Shown here: in pieces, positions 37,983 to 51,600 of the stretch
Layout of the letters: each line of letters begins with the position of its first letter
How positions within the stretch are numbered: position 1 is the stretch's first letter
NCBI GenBank assembly: GCA_977030845.1
Contig: OZ365110.1
Span: 34,720,001 to 34,784,000 of the forward strand
Length of the DNA stretch: 64,000 bases
Origin: Fimbriosthenelais zetlandica
Lineage: Eukaryota
Direction of reading: 5' to 3'
Made by a program: the position numbers and the translations under genes
Notes under the pieces: generated by a model
Database searches by the model: none
Seen by the model: the letters and a program-made list of their open reading frames with translations, nothing else
What the model was told of the DNA's origin: nothing

Positions 37983-38907
37983 ATGAAATGGACAACTGTC
38001 TTCCGAAATGTCCCAATGATTAGCAGACACATTGGCCGCAATAAATATATCATTGCAAATTCCTTCTGACGTGAAAAGCCTAATCAATGGCTCACCTGCT
38101 TGTGATACTTCTTTGCACTCACAACAAATGATCGAAAGACTTCATTTCTCATTATGAAGACGAGCATGGGCATTGAAGTAAATCACAGATGAGATACAGC
38201 GGCAGAGAGTGAGTAGGCAGGGGGTCAGCAATGGCTTTAATACAATCTAATTTATCGGTCCTTTCAAGGACGGGAAATGCAAACTAATTGTTTTAAATGC
38301 TTATCGCTGGGATTTTCTTCGGGAGAGTTGGAAATCAAACATCCAATGTCGAAATAACACATCATTCATTCATTCTATGATCACAAAATAACGATCTTTT
38401 AAGGTTGTAGACACTTATTTGATTCAAATAAACAAAATTTATATTGTTGACTTTTTTTTCAAATGTAATCCTAGCTTGTATTTGTAAATGATAGTACATG
38501 TACATGTATGAACAGATCTATAGGGGATCATTTTGCATGTAAACAGTTGGAATTTCAAAGGCTTAAAAAAGCTATGAATCAATGCAGTAACTCTGTCTGA
38601 AGTAACTGATAAACCCACAACATCCTGCAGCTTTAACTATATGATATCCTTATCCGATAATGTAAAACTTCCGAAACAAATTTGATGAAAAATTACACGA
38701 AAAAAATTGTTTCTAGTACATGATTTTGACCCGGATATTTTAAAATTCAACGAGTTTTGATTTGTCTGTAATCTCTGTATACATATCCAGTAAGCAATTT
38801 CTCGGCTATCTCAGGACGTTTACGTCATTGAAGAAAGGGGCACAAGTCTTGAAATTTCATTTTAAATAAAATAAAATGCAGCAGTAACACCTTAAACATG
38901 TTGCTGC

Positions 38908-38938
<31 letters not shown>

Positions 38939-41338
38939 TATATTTAAATGAAATTTCAAAATGGTTGCAAAGAATCATTTGCCTGGAATGAGTAAGAGAG
39001 ATATCCATAAATTGAGATGACACAAAAGACAATAAAGTGGAAGGGACAAACGGATATACATTGTAATCAGAGTGCATACATGATTTGATTTATATCAATT
39101 GATCCGTTAGGGAACCTATGCCCATCTGTTGTTCCAATCTAGTAAATGTATACATGTATATGTACCCTAACATGAGGATGAAGGCCTTATCAAAGCTAAG
39201 TGGACAGACAGGGGGCGGTGTCTCTGAGACATACTTAGTCAAACGATGATGGCCAAAAAACTGTCTCAGGAGCAAGTGACGAATCCGGCGGGGGGCTTTC
39301 GGGGCTTGAGCACCCCACCCCTAAACTATATGATGTAAAACTTCCGATTAAATTTTCTTACAGGAAAAATTGTTTCCAAAGATTTTTTTTCCAGAGCCTG
39401 AGGGATTAAGCCTAAAAATAATTAGTATATCATATTTCAGGAGATCATCTTAAGTCTTTTTCTTTCCCATAATATGGTATTCTGGATATGATCATCCCAA
39501 TAGAATTAAGGGAAACTATCACTGAAATTAAAAGTATTTCTGAAGGGGATGGAGGCAGTTCATTAAAACTAACATACATTTAGCCTCCCTGTTCGAAAAA
39601 TTCCGAATCCCCACCCACCACCGCCCCAATGTGAGATGGTGAAAGATAAGCAATTTTATTATCATCTTGAAAATCCATACCCATAAAATAGACTACAAGA
39701 TATTATCTTCTGTTTATCGGATAACATTCAGAAAGTAAAGGCAATCTACTTCTCATGCGACACATTGATTTGACTGGTGCATTTGCCACACATTGTCACA
39801 CTTGTGTCGAAAGGAAAATCGCAGCAGTGGAGGACGGCCTTAAGGCAAGTTTACATGGATTTCTATGTGAGAAGGGTGGCCTATATGGGAGGTTGGTTGT
39901 AGTAGTGGATGGAGAAAAACTTGGAGAAAAAAGGCCAGCGACACCATCACGTCCATAAACTATGGCGGGCTGACAATAGGCTGAGGCCGAGAAAATGTGA
40001 AGGTGTAAAAAAGAGCCTAAAGCCAGAGCTTTAGACCTATATTATAGCTGTACACACCCACCTCTTCAAGTGCTATAATGCTACCATGATAACCGATAAG
40101 GACAATTACCACAGAGACGGACTGGTTTATCTCAATACTACTGTAGGTTCTCACTGTAAAGGGGGGGAAAACTGGGAGTTAATGTAGGCATAACTGGAGA
40201 CTATGATTCCAGTTTATATGGCAGAATAAAGCAATATATATAGGCATAATGCAAGGCTATCTCTCCTTCCAGTTAATATAGGAGAAAAGCTAAAAACGTT
40301 TATATTCTAGTTTGATGCAAGTTTATTTTCTGGGTTTATAATTCTAAGTGAATGGGAAATAATATTAATGTGATTTTTCATTTGTAAGTTAATATGTGAG
40401 AAAATTGATTGATATTGTGTAAAGCAAGTCTATCCTTCCAGTTTACATGGTACATGTAGATATATAGACATGTGTTCACCCATGTATACATTTGCAAATT
40501 TATACCTTCAGTTTATATGGAACTAGGATTACATATTTTATAGGGATAACGCAAGTTTATTCAGGACTTGCTTTCGGGGAACTGCAAGTCCATGCTTCCC
40601 GTTTATATACGGAAGGGAATAATAAACAAGGGGATATTTTTTATATTTTTCTTGCCCATCAAGGGCAGCTTAAGCGTCAATTAACTTGGGCTTAGAGAGC
40701 TTTTTGTCAGACTTTGGGGGCACAGACGACTCATAAGTCATTAAAAATGTCTTTTTAATATATGACCATGGAATTCCAAGAAACTGAAAGGGCAGGGGAG
40801 CGGAGAGGGGTGGATAAGTGAAAGAGTAAGTTACAAAACAGTCGATATATCACTTTAATAAGATTTGCGTTGTTCTAAAATGAAACCTCAACAAAATCAG
40901 ACAGTTAGTCATGTTTTCCCGAGAAACTTTTCCTGCCCGGTCAAGTTTTAAATCGAGTTTTGAATTCCAATCTAAGCTATAAGGTTACTGTTCCAGGTCA
41001 ACAAAACAGGTGAATAGGTGAATGAAGCACCAAACAATAGACTGTGTCATAGTAAAACAGGCACAACATCGCATCCTCACTAATTAGTAATACGACCCAT
41101 CGACCACACTCGGGGTTATATAATAGTGTTCCTAATACTTCTATAACAAAATACTGAGTAGAAACTTAATACCGTGATCCCCCCTTATAACGACACATTT
41201 GAGGCCTACTAAAAGTAGTCTCTATAAGGAGGTGGCCGGTGTAGTGGGACCAGACGAACATGGTCAGTTTAAGGGGGTGGTCTGTTTAGGGGGTGGTCGG
41301 ATGTGGGGGAGCGCTGTTATGTGACACCCCTTGGGATA

Positions 41339-41398
41339 CAGTGGTCACATGTTGATAAGATCGCTTTAGTGAGATGGTCGTTAAGTAAGATTCCACTG
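41339..41398. mobile_element. 60-bp minimal CAGTGG-family element
   Basis: TA|CAGTGG ... GATTCCACTG|TA with internal GATCGCTTTAGTGAGATGGTCG. Confidence 0.55.
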
Positions 41399-41889
41399 TA
41401 ATCCATACGCTCAAATTTCTTCAAATGAAAAAATCAAGATTTTAAATGGTTAAAACAAAATTGCCAATGAAAATAATACCGAATGATTATGAATAAGGGG
41501 TGGGGAGAAATGGATGGTATATATCTGCCTAAACCGAGATGGTGATGTCTCTGCTTGAGCTAATCACGAACATTTCCCTGTTCACAATATGGGATAATTG
41601 AATAGGAGGAGGTTGCATAATAATGTTCCTCAGGCAACAGTGGTGGGTGAATGACCCAGGGGGGTTAAACTGGAGCACATCACCACTCCCGTGCCAGTGA
41701 GAAATAGGTTCAACTAAATGGCAAATCGCACAATATGACTGGTACCATAGTAAATTTAGTACCATGAATTTCCCATAACACCACATCTGAGCTAGTGAAT
41801 ATAACCGTCCAATTGAATTCCAGTTAGATCTCGAAGAAAATATTTAAAAACTTAACTCACCTTGGTTAATAATTATAATCAGGTTTAAA

Positions 41890-42490
41890 ATCAAGATGAG
41901 AGAGAGTGAGAGAGAGAGAGAGCGATCCAGTTGAGGGAGAATTAGTGATGAAGTGAGACTGAGAGGGAGGTGTGAGAGAGAGGGGGAGGACTGGAGAGAG
42001 AGTGTGCCACGATCACCACCACAGAAAGGGGGTGGATCCGACCTCTGGACCCAAGGATCGGCTAGGATCTCGGACCTGGGCCGACCAGGAACGACCTGTG
42101 TTTGAGTTTGACTGTGAGAGGAGGGGGGTGGCGCGGTGGGATTGGGGGAGGGAGGGCGGGAGAGGGAGAGGGGGGTAGGACGGAGATGAGGGATCGAGAG
42201 AGGGAATGAGGGGGGAGGGAAGGGAAATGTTGAGGGAAAGTAGGGGATCGAGAGTGGGGAGAGGGACGAGAGATAGTGAGAGGAATTGGGGGAGGGTAGG
42301 GAAAGATTGAGGGAAGGTTGGGAGATGGGTGGTTTGGGGAGAGTGGAGGGATGGGGAGACAGGGAAAGTTGGGGAGAAGGATAAGGGAGGGACAGGGAAC
42401 AGGGATGGGGAGGAACAGGGAAAGGGGGAGGTGGGAAGGAGAGAGCCCAGGGGGAGGAGATGGGGAGTGCGGAGGGGGGGGGGGGGGGGG
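41890..42490. repeat. GA/G-rich purine tract upstream of a candidate Dab first exon
   Basis: Low-complexity GAGAG/GGGA repeats ending in a G17 run. Confidence 0.8.
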
Positions 42491-43819
42491 AGGTGCGCCT
42501 ACAATAATGTGTACATCGTATCACACATGATCTTATCACCGATGGTGATCGATGGATGTTTTTACCACTGTGATGTCCTTATCTCAAGGCGACTAAAATA
42601 TCTGATCTTAAATTAAACTACATGATGAAAATATCTTCTACATTATCTTCTCTGTATCATGCATATATAAACTCTGAGGTTTTAATAATTCTGATATCTG
42701 GCACTGATGCCAATGAATACAGATATCTCATATATTTTGGGTTTAGATAGAAATAGTTCATTTAATATCATATACTTGCACTAAAAACAAGTTATGAATT
42801 CATACAAACATGGAAAAAATTCTCTCAACTAAAGAGTCGTTTGTTGTAAAAAACAAAATCAGTTCAGATCATCTTGTGCCAAATCACTTAGCTGGGATTC
42901 AGAGAAGCAGATCTATGTTGGCAAATGGTTGAATAATCTAAATAAATTACACATTTGTGACAAAAAAAGTTATATTAATATAATTTCTATTAATATCTCC
43001 ATGTAGTTATCTGTCAGACATCATTTTTGTCTTTCATCAGCAATAAATTCATGTCTTTCCTTGTAGCCTAAAATTTAAGCCTAAGCTCATAAATATGATA
43101 TTAGCAAATATGCAAAAAGTGCCAGTTGGTCAATATGACTGCGCATATCCAAGGAGAATTTGATTTCCTCTATCAGGGGAGTATTGATTTTATATTATTG
43201 CAATCAAAGAGGGGAAATAAAGATAAAAACTCATCTTTCCTAGAATGACAGGGACATTCTATCCAAAATCAATAACGAGGCGAAGGGACAAAACTGAGCA
43301 TCAGACAAAGAATGGAATATGTCCCATGTCAGCTGATAACAATGGAATGCGATACTTTATATAAAACGTTGGGGACTGAGAGTAGTTGTTGGATTTATAT
43401 CAATCTCTTTATCCCCAGGAAAGCTCCCATGGATGCAAATGAAAAGATTTTATAAATAGTAAAATCTTAGTATAGTGAACATAGGGTGACTGGGGAAAAA
43501 AGTTCACTAATCTATTATTAATTGAGGTTGTATCATAATATATGACAGTTAAGGAACATGGGACTGAAAAATTGATCCAAATTCTCTTAGATGTTTTCTT
43601 ATTAGAGGTGTACCTAATCAGAGGTGTCCACTAATTGAGGTTTTACTGTACAAGGCAGGAGAAATGCAGTGTTCGGACTCCTGGGACAACCAAACATTCC
43701 AACTAACATGTTAGGCTTTTAGCAAGATTACCAACAGTATAAATAGCAAATGGTCCAACCGGACTACCATGCTTCAGCTAGATTTTTGAGGTCCATAGAA
43801 AGAAGAATATTCAGTAAGA

Positions 43820-44013
43820 AGGGCAATTTCCAGGATTCCCAACATTTCCTGAAAACGGAATTCCCTGATTTTTTTTTCATGAGTAAGCCCTTAAATTCCA
43901 GGAGATATTTTAGTCATATGAAGCATTCTGAACTTCAGTGGCGGGTATGGGATTGTATATGCGTCAATCATCCCCGTAGGTTTTCCCAGATATCCAGAGT
44001 CACTGGGAACCCT
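43820..44013. mobile_element. GGGAACCCT-terminated element fragment
   Basis: Shares TTAAATTCCAGGAGATATTTTAGTCATATGAAGCATTCTGAACTTCAGTGG with 17935-18138 and 53820-54077. Confidence 0.7.
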
Positions 44014-45169
44014 AATTTAAGTTAAAGATTAATGTGTTCAGAGAGAAAAGGGTTAATATTAGATGTGCTTGACCAATGCAGCATAATGGTTGAGGCATGG
44101 CTCGTGCCACCCACCAGCATTGCACTGCTAATTATAAGATGTAGACTTCAATGACTTCACGATTTGATCAATTGATGCTGGTTCCTGGGTGCTCCCAGAA
44201 CAAGCAGGATCATTACCGCAAATCTTCTTAATAATCTTGCTATTATTTATTTACCGTAATTTCTAACTTGTCTGATAAAAAAAATCATGGAAACTACAAG
44301 ACAATTTTTCCTTTCGATCACTCAAAAAGAATATACAGAGTGGAGCCTTATCAGATACTCAGGAACAGGGTAGGACCACAAGGAAAATCAGGAAAGAGAC
44401 AGAAAATCATGAAATTGCTGCCTGCATCATTGAAATCCCGTCAGAGTTCTAGATCACTGCAAATTGGGGCCATTCAGGGAGCACCTTATATTACGAGAAT
44501 TTACGGTAAGTGAAGGAATTACATATCTCTAGAGGCACGTTGATTCCTGTATGTTTTAAGGCAATACTCTCAATTAATCATTCCCCTATTTGTGGCATTA
44601 AGCTTCAGTCGTCTATGCATTAAGATATGGGCTTTACATTAGACTGGCGCACGCGAGTACCAAGCTTAAAGCATTAAGAGACTGATAACCTCTGGTATGT
44701 AGTTCACATCGATATTTTTATTATGCAAGCATGCATCATCTCTACCGCTGTACGTTGATTTATCATTCACGAGCCAATGCAGTGATTAATCATGCGATAA
44801 CTGCTTACAGTATGCACAAGTCAATGATCATAGAAACAAATGGATTATGTATTCTATGTAAAAAGCCAAACTATAGGCTAATCCCCTGGCCCTGCTGTAC
44901 AAGTAAATCTTCGCGAGGGTCAGGGGGACGTTCGGCGAGGGTGCCCTCTTTGTGAGATTGCACTGCAATTTGCACAGGCACTTTCTTAACAAATCAGTGC
45001 TCGGACAATGCAATAACAAGCAATGATCAAACATTTTTTCAAGAAAACAGTAGCCATTGGAACAATACAATCACTCAACGAGGGTATTAAGTATATCGCG
45101 AAGATTTACTTGTAGAACACCAAGATACTACAAAATCATTTTACTCTATTAAAGCTAGAGTTTAGTTTC

Positions 45170-45350
45170 CCCAGAGGAGAGGAGAGATGGAGAGGAGAGG
45201 AAGAGAGGAGAGATGGAGAGGAGAGGAAGAGAGGAGAGGAGAGATGGAGAGGAGAGGAAGAGAGGAGAGGAGAGAAGAGACAGGGGAGAGAGAAGAGACA
45301 GGGGAGAGAGAAGAGACAGGAGTGAGAATAGAGAATAGAGGAGAGGAGTG
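45170..45350. repeat. (AGAGG)n / GA-rich simple repeat
   Basis: Directly visible. Confidence 0.9.
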
Positions 45351-45484
45351 AGAGCGACCTCTTCCTCTAGCCCGGGGGTCGGTATCAAGTTAGCACTCCT
45401 CGCCCACAGTGGCCCCAGGCGGCTCTAATAATTAGGTGAGGTCTATTCCTAAGGATTCAGGCCAATTTATACATAGAAAGAGTC

Positions 45485-45740
45485 ATTTCCTGACAGTAAT
45501 GAATTTTATGGCCCGGATCCAAAATGTTTATCGTAAATAATTCAGCCACGTGTGTATTGTGTTCTACTTTTCTGTGCTTTATAAGAACTTGGCAAATTGA
45601 AATTTCTGTTTCACAAGAACCTTGCAAATTGAAATTCTAATTTCCTGACAGTCACGTATTTTATGGCCCCGATTCAAAATGTTTATTGCCAATAATTCAG
45701 GCACAGGTGTATTGTGTTCTACTTTTCTGTGGTTTAGGGA
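45485..45740. repeat. Local duplication, 2 copies of about 100 bp, about 156 bp apart
   Basis: TTTCCTGACAGT...ATTTTATGGCCC.GAT.CAAAATGTTTAT...GTGTATTGTGTTCTACTTTTCTGTG occurs twice. Confidence 0.8.
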
Positions 45741-46368
45741 GATACATTGAAATCTCTGATGGTTTTGCAAATTGAATATGCGGATATCCTTTTCGTAAGT
45801 AGGCCCAATATACACCAAAATAAATTCAGAACACAGCTATAGAATTATTGCATTTTCCTGTTATACAATATCATTCAGACTTTGATGAAATCATTTCCTC
45901 CTCCCACACACAATCTCACACTCTTCGACCCAAATAGGCATGATAGGTAGACCTGCCCATTCATGATTCCCACAATTGTAATACATAAGGTAAAGTTGCA
46001 TATGGGTATCTTCTATCATGTGGGTAGGTTACACAATCAAAATTCAATTAAACAATTCTGATATCAATCAGGGTATTTTCCTATTCAACAGGATTATTCA
46101 GACCCCACTCAAATCATCTATCCCCCTCTCAATCCTGTCCATTCACCTATCCCTACAATAATCCACTAACCCATTCATAGGCCTACATTTCCAATACACA
46201 TATCAAGGTGGAGAAAAGTGACCTGTCAGATTTTTAGCTGAACATTATATCCACCCATACAAGCCCTGGGAATGATTTTCGTTCTACATTCAGTTGCCCC
46301 GCATCAGTGATCAAGGATTCTGTAGCCCCTGGTATGCACCCATGCAGATAGGATGGATCCTTTAAATA

Positions 46369-46551
46369 CAGTAAAACCTCTGCATAATAAATTTTGTGAA
46401 TCATAATAATTGTTCAGTCTCTGGAGGTGTTCCCTAATCAAACTTCAAAGGGGTTAGGAGAGACACATTAGGAACTTGGGACTGGGAAAAATGTTCAATA
46501 TTCGAAGGTGTCCCCTTAAATCAGAAGTGTTCACTTAAAGAGGTTTTACTG
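46369..46551. mobile_element. Tc1/mariner-type MITE (CAGTAAAACCTC family)
   Basis: TA|CAGTAAAACCTC ... GAGGTTTTACTG|TA, a perfect 12-bp TIR. A right-half copy lies at about 43470-43649. Confidence 0.85.
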
Positions 46552-47341
46552 TAACCTTATGCCTTATGGTGTGCCATGCAAACAACTGCAAGACAGTGCT
46601 CAGCACTGGGCATGACTTGGCTAAAATTAACTCTTGTATTTCCACGAAGCAGTTCCAGCTTAAAAGCCATTCCAGTTCATCATGTAGGCGTCCATTAAAA
46701 TTCAGGATTATTTTATTGATCAAATCTTCGTTTGGCCTTTAGGCACCAATATGAGCACAAAGGAATGTGGCACTGAATCAAAAATGAATTTGTGACAGTT
46801 GTAGGCCTATCTCTGTGCCCCCTATCACACTATCAGTGTTGCTAACGTTAGTCAGAAGAGATCAAATGGATGAATAGAAATCAGAGAAATATTATGGAAA
46901 CCTTCTATCATGTATGTGTATCATATCTGAAAAATGTTGTATCAATCAGGTTCTCTGGAACCTATTTCTGTCCATCAAAACAAAAGCCAACACCCCCTTT
47001 TCTCATTTCTCTAATGTGATGTCATCTGTAGTCTGCAGACATTGGGTAAAATGGCAACGTGTGGAACTGTCACTGTCAGTTGGGGATCGTTCAGATACAG
47101 ACAGTCAAAAGGACAACATCTGGGGTCCACAGACATCCCAGAACAAATCAGATATATTCAAAATATGTAAGGAAAGCGGGGAAATTACAGAGAGTATCTG
47201 TTAAGTGCTTATTTCAAGACGTCATTTTCGATTCAAAACAACAGACTCAACTCAAGAGGAGAGGAGCGGCCAACGATGGAGGATACGAGAGGAAAAATCA
47301 CTTCACATACGCGCCTCTCTCGCTCTTTTCTCACTACTCAC

Positions 47342-47480
47342 CTAATCAAATGATCTTTGCTTCTTTCTCTGTCATCTGGACCGGTTATCGGAGCCGAATA
47401 CCTGGCGTAACATCGATAATATCCAGGAATTTATCAGTGGTGACCTCTTTCATTGCCCTGGTCGGTCGACATATTTACTG
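47342..47480 (-). other. Candidate distal non-coding first exon of Dab
   Basis: Perfect donor TTAG|GTGAGT at 47341, CpG-containing context, promoter motifs just upstream (47498-47521), several short uORFs, and an ATG-bearing Dab exon that starts with an acceptor (28042). The 5' end is approximate. Confidence 0.5.
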
Positions 47481-47497
47481 GACAGTCTCCCGGATGT

Positions 47498-47521
47498 AGG
47501 TCACGTGCTGACCTTTGACCT
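47498..47521. promoter_or_regulatory. Composite E-box plus perfect nuclear-receptor DR1 element
   Basis: AGGTCACGTGCTGACCTTTGACCT contains GTCACGTG (47500-47507) and TGACCT-T-TGACCT (47509-47521). Confidence 0.55.
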
Positions 47522-48698
47522 CATTTGACACAGTTTCCCCAGGGACGACGATTTTGAAAGATTTTCATGGGTTTTCTCGATTATTTCGTCTCGTTTTTGC
47601 TTCTAGCATCACGGAAAAGAAGGGAGATTGTTATTTCTTATTGTGATTGTGGAGTAAGTTTATGTTAATTGTGGAATTGATCGTTGAGCAGCGGGAAAAT
47701 GCAGTGGATCTTGTGGGATCTGGAAAGGGGGCGTGGCGCAGCCAACCTACAAAAAGCATGATGTGCCTAACTATACGCCAGTCTCTGCTAGAGCCTACTG
47801 GCTTTAACCTTTCTCAGAAATTTATTATCCACTGGGGGCGTTACAGGATGTGTAGGGACGCAAATAAGAAAAACAAACATCAATTGGGAACTATATATTA
47901 GGACTATACAAGTAAAGACAAAAAAAAAGAAAAATAGACACCAAATGAAAATTGGACGCGCTACATAAGAATTATTTAGACCTAGAGGATAAAAAGGGGG
48001 AAATTTTCAGTTCCATGCTTTCCCCCGTAAAATATTTAAAATAATAAATTCAAAATAAGAAGATATCATTTCCAGTGTCTATATAAATTCCAATTTGGGA
48101 CAAAAAATTAACACAAGTCTCCAAAGATTACCATTTACATTTTTATTATCTCATCTCGTCCTGCAGCGTATAATTTATATTAAGCATATCTATACAACAT
48201 GATTTTCTTTTTCAATAAAAAATATATTTGTGTGCATGATTTATGTCGAGAATCATGGACTGAACACTTATGGGTAGCCGACAGAGTGAACTATATGCAA
48301 CATTTCCTCTTATCATTCTTTACAGAGTATATATACATAATATACAAAAGGATTCCAAACTCATAAAAAAAAATCCCGAAATTAATATCCATTGAGATAT
48401 TTTTACCGCTGGAAGCAATGCAATTATTTCGGCAATCGGTAATTACCTGAGATTCGGCAATTACCTGGGATACTACCATCCCCGTGAAATGTAGGATTAT
48501 CATTTCATATCAGATTATTTCATTTTGCGCACTATTAAATACTGATTTGGGTGATTCTTTGATACAAAACTGAAATGATCCAAGTTCTTGGAAACCCCCT
48601 ATCCCTGTGAAATATGTTTTGCGACTTGGCCCGTTACATAAGGAAAATATCTTAACTTTTCATTTGGAACGGTCCCCTGGATTATTTAAATTTCAGTG

Positions 48699-51600
48699 TT
48701 ACATGACTTCATATTCTGGGGAACTTGGGGCATTATGGGTGGCGGGGGAGTTAGCATTACTGGCATCTGAGCTTAATGGATGACCCAGTATAATCCCACT
48801 ACTGACCGCCAGGGGTCTATCAGAATCACCCTCCCGCCTCTCTTTATCATGCTTATGTTTATGCTTGTGTTTCTTGTCTTTCTTTTTCTTCTTTTTCTTG
48901 GCTTTGTGTGGTTTGGAGGTGTTGCCGCCACCACTGCCCTCCTCTGGCACGCCTGTGGAGGAGAGAGGGGAGGGGACTGCACCAGTGACCGCTGCAGCGG
49001 CGACGGCGGCGGCGACTGGGTTGCTACCAACTCCCTCTGACGGGAACATGGAGCTGTCAAAGCGGGTGACAAGCGCGGGGACTGACACAGGGGCAGCTGA
49101 CACATCTAAAATAAATAAATATATACCAATTTTTTAATTAAGCAATATTTGATTTGTTTAAAATTAATTTTTTTTCAGGGCTACGAATATTGGTCTAAAA
49201 AAGGTGAACAGTTCTAGATTTTGTTAAATGTTGACCCATTTTAAAAGTTCTTATCAAATTTATATCCACAGAGGAAACAAATGAAACACCCACATTCTAA
49301 AGTCTAAATTATCAAATAAAATACCATAGGAATATTTTTTCAAATCATGAAGAAACTGCACAAACATATTTTTGGATAAATAAGAACCGAATAATTCATT
49401 TTTCATATTTTTTTCTTAAGAAATCTAGTCCCCAAAAGTAATTTACATATTTATAAGTACATGTATTTTTTTGAGGTACTTGTAACGTCTAACCATTATA
49501 AGCATATTATATCGGAAAAATAAAAATATAACGTACTTTCTTCTTTAGGCTCAATGCTGGTGACCGTATCTGACTTGATGAATGATGAGATGACGTCACT
49601 AGTGATCATGGAGTGACGTGGACTGGAGCCGACTGAGTCGTCACTGAGTCGTGACATGACATCCACCTCGTTATCAGTCTTTGTACTTGCTGGTCCCGGC
49701 GGTGTGAACATGGGTTTAGGTGGCGACTGGGACAGCTCACCGCCCTCCTGCTCATTGGAAAACTGAAAAGAAAAGAAAATGATTTACCGTATTTGCCAGT
49801 GTATAAACCGTGATTTCTTTTTTAAATCAAAATATTCATGAAAACATGTAAACGAAACTATAATTCTTCTAAATATCCCTCTCGTGCTTCTCTTTCATTT
49901 TCGCTAGTTTCCGCTGTCACTATTTTTATTTTTTGAAATTTTATTAAAAATATATTTCCATGTACATATATACATTATAACCCTCCTAATCTTCTCTATA
50001 AGAATTGGCAACTAACTCAAAATCCATTTTGGGAATTTAGACTGATGTAGTGAAAACACGTCACATATAGTATATACGTATGTGTAGGTAAAGATTGGGG
50101 AGTGAACTTACGAGCTGTAGGGGTAGGCTGGATCCCACGTTAGAGAAGCGTAGGAAGTCATCAGAGTAGGAGGGAGGGTGAGAGAAGCTCTGACTCATAG
50201 TGGAGGGGGTGGCGGGGTTCATGTGGCTGGTAGACATGGTGGGCGGTAGGTCAGTCATCATGGGCCGGCCAAAACCAGCGCTGGTCGCTATAGGTGGAAC
50301 CTCCTCACTCTGAATGAAAAACAATACATCTCAAGTTAACTTAAATCCATCAAACCACATCCGAAGGGAATTTTTTTTTTTCAAATTCCACAAGTTGAGT
50401 GGAAAATTGTTCTTCAATGTGCATATCCAAAGAGAAAATAATATTTTCAATTTCAAATTCCCCCCAACATTTGTACGTTGAAAGCATAATTTTAACTTTA
50501 AATTTATTTAATTTTCATTTCGACGGCATATTTCTAAAGATATTTAAGTTAAAAGGTTGGTTTGCCAGCGTCCTAGGTTGTACATGTCCGAGTAGAAATT
50601 TAAAATTAAAAGTCAATTCATAAGTTCATACAACAAAGCTCATCAGCTCTTAAAAAAGTTCCACATATAATATGTTTAAACTTAATTGAAGCAATTCGAA
50701 AACCAAGAATACCTTTATTTGGAACTTGAACTGGTCGTCAAAGCCTGTGGGTTCAGCCTTGACGGAGCTGTCAGTAGATGACTTCATTATAGCCATGTCA
50801 AAGTCAATAGGTGACTCAGCTCGCCTCTTCACAGCTTCATGACTGGCAACAATAGGGCTGGGCATCTCAAAATCTACATTCATCTAAAATTAGAAAGTGG
50901 GAAAAATTGGTTAAAGGGATGCCAAACACTTGATATAGTTATTTTCCTAGGTGGTTCTGACCTAAGGTAGTTGATTTCACTACAAATTATACCTGGCTGA
51001 TGAAGTAGAGAGAAATCAATTCTTAAACATAATAAGTGAAATCAACTGTCTAAGGTCGGAACTACCTAGGAAAATAAGTTTTATACCAAGTGTTTTGCAT
51101 CGCTTTAAATGGCGTTAAATGTCACAGAAAGAGTCAGGACCATATCGCGATTGGAAGAAAAGACACTGTCGGCTCGCAATGTCCTCCTCTTCTCGACATA
51201 AATCAATTTCATTTATATATCAGACAGGGCTGGCCTTCATCATGTCTCCTCTCAATTATAGACAGTGGGTGACATGGCTGACCTTTTACATGCCTCTCAC
51301 CATAGACAGTGGAATACATGGCTGGCCTTTTACATGCATCTCACCATAGACAGTGGGTGACATGGCTGGCCATTTACATGCCTCTCACCATAGACAGTGG
51401 GTGACATGGCTGGCCTTTTACATGCCTCATATCAGAGACAGTGGAAGACATGGCTAGCTTTTGACATATCTCTCATCACAGACAGTGTGAGACATGATTG
51501 GCAAATCATAAGAGTGATAAGCCCAAAATATAATAGAATTAATCAGATATATTTGACTTACGTGTGAAGGGGGTGGGGCTGGTGGTTGAGGGGGTGGCTG

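Noticed and set aside
41844-42539. 231-aa Pro/Ser/Leu-rich ORF
   Set aside because: Translation of a CT-rich simple-sequence tract, with no proper start or domain. More likely promoter or UTR.
44268-44513. 81-aa plus-strand ORF ending near a G|GTAAGT donor
   Set aside because: Non-ATG start, no homology recognised and no partner exons found.
51225-51500. CRISPR-like appearance of the regular 44-bp repeats
   Set aside because: Units are contiguous with no unique spacers, there are no cas genes, and the arrays lie in spliceosomal introns. This is a minisatellite.
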